64,000 nt of DNA from Eubacteriales bacterium (GCA_045603085.1 JAZULL010000100.1:1808-65807); one strand, 5' to 3'. Positions 41,879-52,160 are shown, counted from the first letter of the stretch. The notes: generated by a model from the letters alone, not told the origin. Numbers and translations: made by a program.

Positions 41879-43368
41879 AGCTTTCAGAGCTGTTACAGCA
41901 TATTCCGCACGTCGACGGCACACAGCTGACCTACGTCAAGCCCTATCCCGTGCCCGACGCGGATATCTCCTATATTTGCCACGACTCGCGCAAGGCGGGC
42001 CCCGACTGTCTGTTCGTTTGCATTCGCGGCTACGTCAGCGACGGACATGCCTGGGCCGCCGCGGCCTATCAGAACGGCGCGCGCGCCTTTGTGGCCGAGC
42101 AGCCGCTGGATCTGCCCGACGACGCCTTTGTGGCCTGCTGTCCCGACACCAGAATTGCCTTGGCCGCGCTGGCCGCCGCCATTTACGGGCATCCCACCGA
42201 TAAGCTGCACGTCATCGGCATCACCGGCACCAAGGGAAAGACCAGCACCGCACTCATGATCCACCGCATGCTGGACGCCATGGATCAGCCCGGCGGTTAC
42301 ATAGGCACAAACGGCGTGGATTTCTGCGGCCGCCACTACGCCACGGTCAATTCCACCCCCGAGAGTCTGGATCTGCACGATTACATGGCGCAGATGGTGG
42401 AAAGCGGCGTCAGATACGTGGTCATGGAGGTGTCCTCGCAGGCGCTCAAGCTGTCGCGCGTGTACGGCATTCCCTTTGAGATCTGCGTGTTTACCAATCT
42501 CTATCCCGACCACATCGGCGGCGTGGAGCATGCCGATATGGCAGAATACATGGCTTGCAAAAAGGCCTTGTTTGACTTCCCCGACATCCGTCACATCATT
42601 GCCAACCGCGACGACCCCGCCTTTGGATATATGACCGCCGACACGGGTGCCCCCGTCACCACCTACGGCCTGCAGGCTGCATGCGATTGGCATGCCGACA
42701 ATTTGTCTGCACAGCTTTGCTACCGCGTGCCCGGTACGGCCTTTTGCGCACACACCCCCGACGGCATTGACCTGCCCATGCAGATCCCCTTCCCGGGCGA
42801 TTACAGCGTCTACAACGCGCTTTGCGCGCTGGCTGTGTGCGATAAGCTGGGACTGGACGTCAAGGCCTGCGCCGCCTCCTTAGCGCACGTGCGCATTGCG
42901 GGTCGCTTTGAGCCGGTCTTCCTTGCAAGCCGACCCGACACCACGTTTATCATTGACTACGCGCACAACGGCGCTTCGCTTCGCGCCGTGCTGACCTCAC
43001 TCAAGAAATACAAGCCGCGCAGACTGATCTGCCTGTTTGGCTCGGTGGGCGGCCGCACGCAGATGCGCCGCGGCGAGCTGGGCGCGGTGGCAAGCGAGCT
43101 TTGTGATCTTTCGATCCTGACCTCAGACAACCCCGGCAACGAGGATCCGAGTGCCATTCTTGCCGACATTGCCGCGGCCTTTACCCACGATCGCTACGTC
43201 TGCATCCCCGACCGCCGCGAGGCCATTGCCTACGCCGCCAAGATCGCCAAAAAGGGCGACGTGGTAGTGCTGGCCGGCAAGGGACACGAGACCTACCAGC
43301 TTGTCCGCGGCAAGTATCTCCCCTTCTCGGAGCGCGAGATCTTGCTGGAGATAGACCGAACACTGTAA
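41875..43368 (+). CDS. murE: Mur ligase, MurE-type paralog outside the dcw cluster (DNPG instead of DNPR)
   Basis: 497 aa. ITGTKGKTST P-loop, MEVSSQAL, DYAHNG and TSDNPGNEDP (43126-43137). Confidence 0.8.
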   Translation: MKLSELLQHIPHVDGTQLTYVKPYPVPDADISYICHDSRKAGPDCLFVCIRGYVSDGHAWAAAAYQNGARAFVAEQPLDLPDDAFVACCPDTRIALAALAAAIYGHPTDKLHVIGITGTKGKTSTALMIHRMLDAMDQPGGYIGTNGVDFCGRHYATVNSTPESLDLHDYMAQMVESGVRYVVMEVSSQALKLSRVYGIPFEICVFTNLYPDHIGGVEHADMAEYMACKKALFDFPDIRHIIANRDDPAFGYMTADTGAPVTTYGLQAACDWHADNLSAQLCYRVPGTAFCAHTPDGIDLPMQIPFPGDYSVYNALCALAVCDKLGLDVKACAASLAHVRIAGRFEPVFLASRPDTTFIIDYAHNGASLRAVLTSLKKYKPRRLICLFGSVGGRTQMRRGELGAVASELCDLSILTSDNPGNEDPSAILADIAAAFTHDRYVCIPDRREAIAYAAKIAKKGDVVVLAGKGHETYQLVRGKYLPFSEREILLEIDRTL

Positions 43369-43373
43369 ACAGA

Positions 43374-43405
43374 ATCCCCCCTCTGCCATGCGGCAGAGGG
43401 GGGAT
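43374..43405. terminator. bidirectional intrinsic terminator
   Basis: Perfect 14-bp stem ATCCCCCCTCTGCC-ATGC-GGCAGAGGGGGGAT followed by CGTTTTATT. Confidence 0.85.
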
Positions 43406-43434
43406 CGTTTTATTATACTCGGATTATACTCGGA

Positions 43435-44538
43435 TTACTTTCTGGTGCCGGACTTGAACATGGACAGCATATCGTCCAGATCATCGTCGGGAGTGCTGGT
43501 CTTGGGCTCTTCCTTTGCAGGAACTGCCTTAGCCTCTCTCTTGGGCTCCAGGGAGATCTTACCGGGATTCTTGTTGTCATCCTTCTTATCGAAGCCGGTA
43601 GCGATGATGGTGATCTTCATCTCGTCTTCCAGTTCAGGATCGAAGCCTACGCCCCAAATAACGCTTGCGTCGGGATGTGCCTCGTTGGCGATCATGGTGG
43701 AAGCCAGATCCACGTCCTCCAGACCTACGTCGGGAGATACCATGATGCTGATCAGAACGCCGCGAGCGCCCTTGATGGAGGACTCGAGCAGCGGGCTGGA
43801 GATAGCAGCGCGAGCTGCCTGCTCTGCCTTATCCTTACCGGTAGCCGAGCCAAGACCCATGTGTGCATAGCCTGCGCCCTTCATGACGGAGGTAACGTCA
43901 GCAAAGTCAAGGTTGATGAACAGGGACTCGTTTACAAGGTCGGAAACGCTCTTAACACCGCGGTGCAGAACGTTATCGGCGATCTCGAATGCGTTGGCAA
44001 GGGTGATTCTGGTGTCGGTAACCTGCTTGAGCTTTTCGTTGGGGATTACGATCAGAGAGTCAACGTACTGGCTCAGCTCGGCAATACCGGCCTCAGCCTG
44101 TGCTGCTCTGCGAGCACCCTCAAATGCGAAGGGCTTGGTTACGATACCAATGGTCAGAATGTCCATCTCGTGTGCAACACGTGCAACAACGGGAGCCGCA
44201 CCGGTGCCGGTACCGCCGCCCATACCTGCGGTTACGAACACCATGTCGGTGCCCTGCAGGAACTTCTTAATCTCATCAAGGGATTCCTCTGCTGCACGTG
44301 CACCGATCTGAGGATTGGAGCCTGCGCCGAAACCCTTGGTCAGCTTTTCGCCGATCACCAGCTGGGTTGCTGCTTCGGATCTGCGAAGTGCCTGTCTGTC
44401 AGTGTTAATGGACACGAATTCTACGCCGCGGATGTGGCTGGAGATCATTCTGTTAACAGCGTTATTTCCGCCGCCGCCAACACCGATAACCTTAATATTT
44501 ACGCCACAATCATAGGTATCGTCATGTTCAAAAGTCAT
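43435..44538 (-). CDS. ftsZ: cell division protein FtsZ
   Basis: GVGGGGNNAVNRM, GGGTGTGAAPV and the C-terminal peptide DDLDDMLSMF. GGGAGGG precedes ATG 44538. Confidence 0.95.
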   Translation of the reverse strand: MTFEHDDTYDCGVNIKVIGVGGGGNNAVNRMISSHIRGVEFVSINTDRQALRRSEAATQLVIGEKLTKGFGAGSNPQIGARAAEESLDEIKKFLQGTDMVFVTAGMGGGTGTGAAPVVARVAHEMDILTIGIVTKPFAFEGARRAAQAEAGIAELSQYVDSLIVIPNEKLKQVTDTRITLANAFEIADNVLHRGVKSVSDLVNESLFINLDFADVTSVMKGAGYAHMGLGSATGKDKAEQAARAAISSPLLESSIKGARGVLISIMVSPDVGLEDVDLASTMIANEAHPDASVIWGVGFDPELEDEMKITIIATGFDKKDDNKNPGKISLEPKREAKAVPAKEEPKTSTPDDDLDDMLSMFKSGTRK

Positions 44539-44736
44539 TTGTTTTGCCCTCCCGAAATTTATATCAGTATTTTTATTTTTTTGGCCGTAAAGCACAAGAC
44601 CTTGTGTCCCGTGGGCAAAATGAGCCCAACATGTGCTTTATATATATAATATAACAAACTTTCAAATAATTCAAGAGGTTTCGCAAAAAAACTTTCAAAA
44701 ATTTATGAAAAATTCACATTTTTCCCTCGCTAAAGA

Positions 44737-44766
44737 CTACGACATTGTCGTATGACAATGTCGTAG
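44737..44766 (-). other. perfect 13-bp hairpin between ftsQ and ftsZ
   Basis: CTACGACATTGTC-GTAT-GACAATGTCGTAG begins 4 nt after the ftsQ stop. It is followed on the minus strand by TCTTTAGCG, a weak U-tract. Confidence 0.6.
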
Positions 44767-44769
44767 CGG

Positions 44770-45678
44770 TTATTCCCATATTTCGTCCAGGTCAATTTGG
44801 TCTGCAGGGCGCACGTAAGGCACGCTCGCACCCACGTCCACGATATATTTCTGTCCTGCATCGGTGGGCTTTTCGGCAAGCATCTGCTTGGCCAGCGTCA
44901 TTTTCTGCGCAAACTCGGTGGCATTTTTGACGCGTCCGAATCGGATCTGCCACGTGCTGTTCACCGTCACGCGCACGTCAAACTTGTTCTCCAGCGAAAC
45001 GGCTGTCAGCGAGTCGGCATAGTCCGACTGAGCCAGATAACCGAGAAATTCGGTGATATAAGCGAAGTCGGCTTCGGTTTTAGTGCTCTCCTCGTCCTCC
45101 TCATCGGTAAAGCGCAGCGAGCTCGCTCTACCCGGTTGGGTCTTGGAAAGCTCGGGCTCGGGCAACGAGAGCCTGACGTATCCGCGCTCGGCATAAGGGG
45201 TGCTGTCCTGCCCTGCATCCACAATGCGCAGATCCCCCGCCACCAGCATCCAACCTGCATGCGGCTTACCGCTCAGCTCGGTCTCATACGGGAAATAAAA
45301 CAGCGGAGCTTGCTCCTTTACGCTGACGCGCAGCGTGCCCGGGAAGGCATAGCGCACCTCTGCACTCTCCAAGTACAGCAGCTTGTCCAGCAGCTGCTGC
45401 TCACCGCGTCCCAGCACGGCAGGCAGTATCGGATTGAGGGCACGCGATTGCAGAGCGTCTGCGATTTCTTCATTGGTATAATGCGAATCGTTTTGCTCAA
45501 CCTCCACCCGCAAGACCGGGAATAGCACGAGCACAAGCAAGAGCAGTGCAAGCACGGCCAGCACACCGCCAAGCACGGCAACCCTTTTGATCACGGTCTG
45601 CTTTTGCTCGGGCGTATAATTCTTGTGCGGCAACCGCTCCAAAACGGCCTCCCACCATTGCTTCAGCTTCTCCATCAT
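44770..45678 (-). CDS. ftsQ: cell division protein FtsQ/DivIB (POTRA)
   Basis: Single TM helix VAVLGGVLAVLALLLLVLVLF, a POTRA-like region and position between murG and ftsZ. ATGA overlap with murG. Confidence 0.8.
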   Translation of the reverse strand: MMEKLKQWWEAVLERLPHKNYTPEQKQTVIKRVAVLGGVLAVLALLLLVLVLFPVLRVEVEQNDSHYTNEEIADALQSRALNPILPAVLGRGEQQLLDKLLYLESAEVRYAFPGTLRVSVKEQAPLFYFPYETELSGKPHAGWMLVAGDLRIVDAGQDSTPYAERGYVRLSLPEPELSKTQPGRASSLRFTDEEDEESTKTEADFAYITEFLGYLAQSDYADSLTAVSLENKFDVRVTVNSTWQIRFGRVKNATEFAQKMTLAKQMLAEKPTDAGQKYIVDVGASVPYVRPADQIDLDEIWE

Positions 45679-46814
45679 GCGCGTGTTCCCTTCTTTTGCA
45701 GAAGCTTTTCCACCTCTTCCAGAATATCGCGGTTGGCATCGGGGCAGGAGAATTTGGCAATATTGGTACGCAGGAACATACGTTTTTCATCGTTTTCCAA
45801 AAGCTCGGTCACACGGGCCTGCAGACCGCCATCCGCATAATCGCTTTCACGGGCATATACCGCCGCGCCGGCATCTCCCAGAGCCTTGGCATTCTTGTAC
45901 TGATGGTCGTCTGCCACGTTGGGAGACGGGATCAGGATAGCCGCCTTATGCATCAGCGCAAGCTCGGAGACCGTCATAGCTCCCGCGCGGGAAATGACGA
46001 TATCGGCCGCCGCCATCTGCTCGGGCATATCGTATATGTATTCCGAAACGCGCACGTTTTCAAGGCTGTCAAGGCCCGCCTGCGCATATTTCTGCTTGTA
46101 TTCCTCGTAATAATTCTTACCCGTTGCAGTCACGAAGAGCACGTCGGGGTTGTCCTTAGCCATAGCAGAGATCATCTCGAACACGTATCTGTTGACCATC
46201 ATCGCACCGCGGCTTCCGCCCACAGCCAGCACTGCCTTGCGGTATTTGCCCGCAACGCCGAGCTGTTCTCTGGCCTTCGCCCCGTCGCAGGTGCGGAAGC
46301 CGGACAGCAGAGGGTTGCCCACAACGCGCGTTTTTTCGGGTCTTGCGAACCTTTGCGCGGCATCCGGGAAGTTGACAAGGATGGTATCCACCTTGTCCCT
46401 GACCTGCATCAGCGCCTTTCCGGGCAGGGCGTTTGATTCATGCACCAACGTAGGTACACCCATGCGCGAGCCTGCTGCCAGCAGCGGCCAGCTTGCATAA
46501 CCACCCGTGCCGATAATGATATCGGGGCGGAATTTCCCGATCAGCTTTTTGGCCTGGCGCTGCGAGACTGCCATCAGCACAGCCGTGCGGACGTTACCGG
46601 GATGGAAGATGGGAGAGCGCATGCCGCAGATGTCGATGCTGTAAAGCTCTTTGTACTGCGTGCGCGAGATCAGCTCCTTGGCCTTATCCGAGCGCTCGGT
46701 GGATGCGGCAAATGCAATGTTTGCATCCGGATATTTACTCTTGATTGTATCGGCAATCGCAATGGCGGGATTGACGTGTCCTGCCGTGCCGCCGCCTGTG
46801 ATCAGAATATTCAT
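45675..46814 (-). CDS. murG: UDP-N-acetylglucosamine--N-acetylmuramyl-(pentapeptide) pyrophosphoryl-undecaprenol GlcNAc transferase
   Basis: ITGGGTAGHVNPAIAIA and SRAGAMTVSELA motifs. Confidence 0.93.
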   Translation of the reverse strand: MNILITGGGTAGHVNPAIAIADTIKSKYPDANIAFAASTERSDKAKELISRTQYKELYSIDICGMRSPIFHPGNVRTAVLMAVSQRQAKKLIGKFRPDIIIGTGGYASWPLLAAGSRMGVPTLVHESNALPGKALMQVRDKVDTILVNFPDAAQRFARPEKTRVVGNPLLSGFRTCDGAKAREQLGVAGKYRKAVLAVGGSRGAMMVNRYVFEMISAMAKDNPDVLFVTATGKNYYEEYKQKYAQAGLDSLENVRVSEYIYDMPEQMAAADIVISRAGAMTVSELALMHKAAILIPSPNVADDHQYKNAKALGDAGAAVYARESDYADGGLQARVTELLENDEKRMFLRTNIAKFSCPDANRDILEEVEKLLQKKGTRA

Positions 46815-46826
46815 AGCGTTCTCCCA

Positions 46827-48116
46827 TTACTTTTTTTGATAAGAATACCGCGAGATCGAGAGAATAATACCCATCTCAAAGATCTGCAGGGCGAGTGCCG
46901 TACCTCCCGAAGAGAAGAACGGCAAGGAAATGCCCGTGTTGGGCATGGAATTGGTCACAACCGCGATGTTAAGCAGGGTCTGCAGTGCGACCTTGGTGGT
47001 CAGACCGTAGACGGTCAGCGCGCAGAAGCGATCGGGAGCATTGGCCGCGATCTTATAGCCGCGCCACACCAGCAAAATAACAAGTGTCATGAAGATCAGC
47101 ACGCCAAGCATGCCAAGCTCCTCACAAAGAATGGTAAAGATAAAGTCGTTCTGGGGCTGAGAAACGTAACCGTATTTCTGCTGGCTCATGCCGAGTCCTC
47201 GCCCGAAAAAGCCACCCGAGCCGATGGCGTAGAGTCCCTGTAGGGTCTGCCATGCCTCACCCAGCGGGTCGACCTTATCAATATTGATCCAGGTGTCAAT
47301 TCTCTTTCTGGCATACTCCGAGAACAGCAGTACCACGCTGACCAGCGAAACACCCACCGCGCCAAGGGCCGCGAACCACTTGAGCTTAGTGCCGCCCAGA
47401 TACATGACCGTGATGCCCAGAATGCCCAGAATGATCAGACCCGACAAATGCTTTTCCAGCATAACAAGTCCGCAGATGATGCCGATGATGATAGCAGGGC
47501 CAAGCACACCGTAGGTAAAGTGACCGCCGAATTTCTGCACCGTATTGATCTCTTTTTGATATTTGGACATAAACAGCGCCAAGAACATGATCAAGGCCAT
47601 TTTGGCAATTTCGGAGGGCTGGATGGTAATAAATCCGCCAATCGAGATCCAACGGTTTGCGCCGCCGAACACCGTGCCGTAAATCAGCACAGCCACCAGA
47701 AGCACGACCGAGCCCGCATAGGCGCAAATAGCAAAGAACTTCCAGAACCAGGGGCGTGCCAGCAGAACAAAGGGAACCGTCATAGCCATCGCCAGCGCCA
47801 GATACATCAGATGCCTTTTGATAAAATAGGTGGAGTCGTCGTGATACTGCGCGGCGTAGATCGAGCTTGCGCTGTAGGCCATGATAATGCCGTACAGAAT
47901 CAATCCTGCCACGATCAGCAAGAACCATACGTCAATGCCGCCGCGGGTCAGCACACCCGGCTCGGGCAGAGGCTCGCCGTGAATTTTCTTTTGATAGATG
48001 GGATCCTCAGGCTCAAGCAGAGCGTCCTGCTTTTCGTTGAAGCGGTCGCCAAGCTCCTCGCCCTTCAGCTTCAGGGCGCGCTTGAATCTCTCCCAGTACA
48101 CTTGATACTTTTTCAC
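46827..48116 (-). CDS. ftsW: FtsW/RodA/SpoVE-family peptidoglycan polymerase
   Basis: 429 aa, polytopic. QPSEIAKMALIMFLA, and SSGGTALA near the C-terminus. Confidence 0.9.
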   Translation of the reverse strand: MKKYQVYWERFKRALKLKGEELGDRFNEKQDALLEPEDPIYQKKIHGEPLPEPGVLTRGGIDVWFLLIVAGLILYGIIMAYSASSIYAAQYHDDSTYFIKRHLMYLALAMAMTVPFVLLARPWFWKFFAICAYAGSVVLLVAVLIYGTVFGGANRWISIGGFITIQPSEIAKMALIMFLALFMSKYQKEINTVQKFGGHFTYGVLGPAIIIGIICGLVMLEKHLSGLIILGILGITVMYLGGTKLKWFAALGAVGVSLVSVVLLFSEYARKRIDTWINIDKVDPLGEAWQTLQGLYAIGSGGFFGRGLGMSQQKYGYVSQPQNDFIFTILCEELGMLGVLIFMTLVILLVWRGYKIAANAPDRFCALTVYGLTTKVALQTLLNIAVVTNSMPNTGISLPFFSSGGTALALQIFEMGIILSISRYSYQKK

Positions 48117-48148
48117 GGTCTCACCTCCTCTTTATGAATATAATCGGT

Positions 48149-49192
48149 TTAAATCAGGACAGTCAGTCCGGCGACCACGCACAGAAGTGCGGTCACGATG
48201 CAAAAGATCAGCACGATCTTTTTCTCGCTCCAGCCGCACTTTTCAAAGTGATGGTGCAGGGGCGCCATTTTGAAAAGTCTTTTGCCGTGCGTCAGCTTGA
48301 AGTACAGGATCTGGAACAGGCTGGACAGCATTTCGGCTACGTACACAAAGCCCGCGATGATGACAGCCAGCTCCATGTGCGCCATGAATGCACAACCCAT
48401 CAGCACGCCGCCGATAAACAGCGAGCCGGTGTCCCCCATGAACACACGGGCGGGATAATGGTTGAACAAAAGGAATGCACAAACAGCGCCAAACAGCGCC
48501 GCGCTGACCACGCCAAGACCGCTGTTCTCTGCGATCACGGCCATGATGCAAAGGAAAAGCGTTACGACCGCTGTGATGCCCGAGGCAAGGCCGTCGATGC
48601 CGTCGGTCAGATTGGTGGCATTGACAAAGCCTGCGATGACCACGATATAAATGGGATATGCAAGCCAGCCGAGCCCAATGCTGATATTGGTAAAGGGGAT
48701 GAGCAGATCGGTGTGCAGATTGCCGGTAATGGCCATCATTGCCACGTAAGCCGCCGCAAATACCAGCTGCAAAAACAGCTTCTGCCATGCGCGCAATCCC
48801 TGATTCTGCTTCTTGAGCAGCTTGCAATAGTCGTCCACAAAGCCGATGGCGGCATTGAAAACGCCGAGCAGCAGCGTCAGCGCAAGCGGGATCAGCGTGC
48901 GCGAGGATTCACTTCCCCCAAGCACCAGACACAGCACCGACCAGACCGCCAGCACCAGCAAAAACGCGGGGATAAAGCCGATACCGCCCATGGTGGGGGT
49001 TCCTTGCTTGTTCCCGTGCCACGCAGGTCCCAGCTCATAGATGCTTTGTCCGATCTTTTTGGCTCTGAGCACGGGGATCAAAAAATACAAGGTGACTGCA
49101 CTGATCACAAATACCGCAAACGCCACAAGCAGGGATTCTGTGGCAATGGCTTCATTCATACCCATCTGACTTCCAAACAACTTAAAAAGCAT
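48149..49192 (-). CDS. mraY: phospho-N-acetylmuramoyl-pentapeptide transferase
   Basis: GTPTMGGIGF, NATNLTDGIDGLA and MGDTGSLFIGG motifs. Confidence 0.93.
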   Translation of the reverse strand: MLFKLFGSQMGMNEAIATESLLVAFAVFVISAVTLYFLIPVLRAKKIGQSIYELGPAWHGNKQGTPTMGGIGFIPAFLLVLAVWSVLCLVLGGSESSRTLIPLALTLLLGVFNAAIGFVDDYCKLLKKQNQGLRAWQKLFLQLVFAAAYVAMMAITGNLHTDLLIPFTNISIGLGWLAYPIYIVVIAGFVNATNLTDGIDGLASGITAVVTLFLCIMAVIAENSGLGVVSAALFGAVCAFLLFNHYPARVFMGDTGSLFIGGVLMGCAFMAHMELAVIIAGFVYVAEMLSSLFQILYFKLTHGKRLFKMAPLHHHFEKCGWSEKKIVLIFCIVTALLCVVAGLTVLI

Positions 49193-49208
49193 TTTTCTCT
49201 CCCTCGTT

Positions 49209-50636
49209 TTATCTGTTCAAATAATCCTTTGTCATCTCGTAAACCTGCTCAAGCGCGACACCGCGGCTGGCCTTGAACAGCACCGCGTCACCGCCCTGCA
49301 AAAGCTCGCAAAGCTTGCCGGCGGCCTCTTGCTTTGCATTCTCGCCCTCAAAGGCGTAAACCCTGCAGGCGTTGCCTGCGCCTTTGGCAATTTCGGCGCC
49401 AAGCTCGCCCACCGTGATCACCACGTCAGCCATGGTTGCGGCAAGCGCACCCGTCGCGCGATGCATCTGCACGGTATTCTCACCAAGCTCCAGCATATCG
49501 CCAAGCACCGCAATGCGGCGACCTTCGATTTGCAGAGCATGCAGAGTTTCCAGCGCGGCCTTCATGGATTCGGGACTTGCATTATAGCAATCACACAACA
49601 GCGTTGTATTCCCCACGCGCTCGATCTGCTGGCGCATGGGCATGCCCGAAAAGGCCAGAATCCCCTCCCTTATCTGTGCATCGGACAGATGGAAGATCTT
49701 GCCCGTGACAGCCGCGAACATAGCCGCCATGACCATGTGGCGCCCCAGCGCGGGCACTACGATATCGGCACGGACCTCATGTCTTGTATGCAGATCAAAA
49801 ACGGTACGCCCGTCCGCGGTATAGCGGATGTTTTCCGCGCGCACGTCAGCCTCGGGATTATCGATGCCGATATACAGAGTTCTTCTGCCCTCGGCATACT
49901 TCCCTGCCAACAGCGGCTCATCGGCGTTGAGCAGCAGATATCCGCCGTGTCGCAGACCTTCCGCCACCTCCAGCTTGGCCCGAGCGATATTTTCACGCGT
50001 GCCGAGGTGCTCAAGATGCGAAGAGCCGATATTGGTGATCATGGCCACGGTGGGACACGCCGTGCGGCTCATGCGCGAGATCTCCCCCAGCGCACTCATA
50101 CCCATTTCGAGCACGGCGGCACGGTGGTGTGCACCTGCCTCCATCAGCGACATGGGCATGCCGATCTCGCTGTTGAAATTACCCTTTGCGGCATACAGAT
50201 TCAGCCCCTGATCCAGCACCGACGCCACCATGGTCTTGGTGGTGCTCTTGCCTACGCTGCCCGTGATGGCAACCGTTTTCATGGGGTCGTTCTGTCCGAA
50301 TTTTTCCACTCTGTAATTCTTGGCCAGCTTGCAAAAGGCCGCCACGCTGTCCTCTACCACAGCCGCTCCCACGGTTTTGGCATGGATGTCCTGCGGCACG
50401 TACTCGCAAAGAATGCATCTGCATCCCGCCGCGATGACCTGGCCGATATAATCGTGTCCGTCCACGCGCTCACCGCGAATGGCAACGAACATGGTATCCT
50501 TGTCTGCTTCTCTGGAGTCGGTGCAAATATATGAAAATTCCACGCCTGCATTGCCCGTAAAATCGTACAGCTCGCCGCCACAGTATTCTGCCGCCTGCGC
50601 AAGATTCATCGGTTGCATTCCAAGCCTGATTTTCAT
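49209..50636 (-). CDS. murF: UDP-N-acetylmuramoyl-tripeptide--D-alanyl-D-alanine ligase
   Basis: ITGSVGKSTTK P-loop, DCYNASPESM and position between murE and mraY. ATG 50636 follows GGGAGAG. Confidence 0.9.
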   Translation of the reverse strand: MKIRLGMQPMNLAQAAEYCGGELYDFTGNAGVEFSYICTDSREADKDTMFVAIRGERVDGHDYIGQVIAAGCRCILCEYVPQDIHAKTVGAAVVEDSVAAFCKLAKNYRVEKFGQNDPMKTVAITGSVGKSTTKTMVASVLDQGLNLYAAKGNFNSEIGMPMSLMEAGAHHRAAVLEMGMSALGEISRMSRTACPTVAMITNIGSSHLEHLGTRENIARAKLEVAEGLRHGGYLLLNADEPLLAGKYAEGRRTLYIGIDNPEADVRAENIRYTADGRTVFDLHTRHEVRADIVVPALGRHMVMAAMFAAVTGKIFHLSDAQIREGILAFSGMPMRQQIERVGNTTLLCDCYNASPESMKAALETLHALQIEGRRIAVLGDMLELGENTVQMHRATGALAATMADVVITVGELGAEIAKGAGNACRVYAFEGENAKQEAAGKLCELLQGGDAVLFKASRGVALEQVYEMTKDYLNR

Positions 50637-50642
50637 AGTCAC

Positions 50643-52160
50643 TCACTCTCCCTGTTCGCGTTTCTTCGGTTGCGGCGGCCTGAGCTGCTCCATCGCCTCT
50701 TGCACGATGGCGCGCTCGTCAAAGGGTTGCCTGCCGTTTTGATTGATCTCGTAATTTTCGTGCCCCTTGCCCGCAAGCAGGATCACGTCATGCTGTCTTG
50801 CATGCTCAATGGCGTGCCGGATGGCACTTTTTCTGTCTCTGATGACGCGGTAATGTGCCCGTCTGTCCACACCGCGCAAAATATCTGCGATAATATCGTC
50901 GGTCGACTCTGTGCGGCTGTTATCCGCAGTAATGATCACAAAATCCGCCATACGCGAGGCGATCTGCCCCATAGCGGCTCTTTTTCCCTTGTCACGGTCG
51001 CCACCGCACCCGAATACCAGCACGATGCGCTGATTTCTGAGCCTGAGTCTGTGCACCGCGCGGAGCAGATTCTCCAGCGCGTCGGGGGTGTGGGCATAGT
51101 CGATCAGCACCGTAAAGTCTGCCGACTTTCCCAGCGGCACACGCTCCATCCTTCCCGGCACGGGCGAAATCTGCGGCATGTATTCCTTGATTTTTCGGGC
51201 ATCCACACCCAAGATCAGCGCACCTGCCGCGGCTTGTAACGAATTGATAACGGCAAACTGTCCGCTCATGGGACAGCTGATGCGCGCATGCGCGTTAGCC
51301 GAAACCAAGCGGTACCGCACACCGTCAAGCGTCATACCGATATCCCGGGCACAAAAATCCGCTACGGCTGACCCTGCCGAGCAGGTGTATGCCGTGCAGA
51401 CGGTGCTCCCCACAAGGCTCCCCAGCCTTTGGTCGTCTATATTGAGCAGCACCTTATCGCACATGCCGATCAGCGTCTGCTTGGCTGCAAAATAGGCCTC
51501 CATGCTGCCGTGAAAATCCAGATGGTCACGGGTCACGTTGGTAAAGATCCCCAGGTCAAAATGCAGAGGCGCACATCGCTTTTGCGCCAGCGCGTGTGAG
51601 GTGACCTCCATGATCACCAGCTCTGCCCCCTCGTCTGCCATACGGGCCAGCATGGGATACAGCCGGGCGGGATCGGGAGTGGTCATATTAGCATTTCCCG
51701 ACACGTCCCGCTCTATCTCGCCCCGCGGTGTTGCGCACTTGACCGTGCCGATCAGGCCGCACGGAATGCCACAGCGGCAAAGCAGCTCGTAAAGCATCCA
51801 GGAAACCGAGGTTTTTCCGTTTGTTCCGGTCACGCCCACAAATCGAAGTCGCCCCCCGGGGTTACCGTACCATGCGTCGTAAAGCCGTGCCACGGCGTCA
51901 CGGGTGTCGGGAACCGAAGCTGTGGGCAAGCCCTCGGGAATCTCTCCCGAAAAGTCCTGCTCGATGATGGCGGCGCAGGCGCCGCGCTCCTTTGCACTCT
52001 CCAAGAACAGATGTCCGTCATTTCGCGTGCCGCGCAGGCAGACAAACAGCTGTCCCCTCTCAAGCTTGGCGGTATCGGTGCAAATGCCGCCAACCGTAAT
52101 ATCCTGCATCCCGTCGGGGCAGATCAGCCCCGAGCGGGCGCAAAGCTCGGAAAAATTCAT
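50643..52160 (-). CDS. murE: UDP-N-acetylmuramoyl-L-alanyl-D-glutamate ligase MurE (dcw copy, DNSR motif)
   Basis: VTGTNGKTS, TNVTRDHLDFHG, DYAHTPDAL, FGCGGDRDKGKR and ADNSRTES (50913-50924). GGAGG lies 5 nt before ATG 52160. Confidence 0.9.
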   Translation of the reverse strand: MNFSELCARSGLICPDGMQDITVGGICTDTAKLERGQLFVCLRGTRNDGHLFLESAKERGACAAIIEQDFSGEIPEGLPTASVPDTRDAVARLYDAWYGNPGGRLRFVGVTGTNGKTSVSWMLYELLCRCGIPCGLIGTVKCATPRGEIERDVSGNANMTTPDPARLYPMLARMADEGAELVIMEVTSHALAQKRCAPLHFDLGIFTNVTRDHLDFHGSMEAYFAAKQTLIGMCDKVLLNIDDQRLGSLVGSTVCTAYTCSAGSAVADFCARDIGMTLDGVRYRLVSANAHARISCPMSGQFAVINSLQAAAGALILGVDARKIKEYMPQISPVPGRMERVPLGKSADFTVLIDYAHTPDALENLLRAVHRLRLRNQRIVLVFGCGGDRDKGKRAAMGQIASRMADFVIITADNSRTESTDDIIADILRGVDRRAHYRVIRDRKSAIRHAIEHARQHDVILLAGKGHENYEINQNGRQPFDERAIVQEAMEQLRPPQPKKREQGE

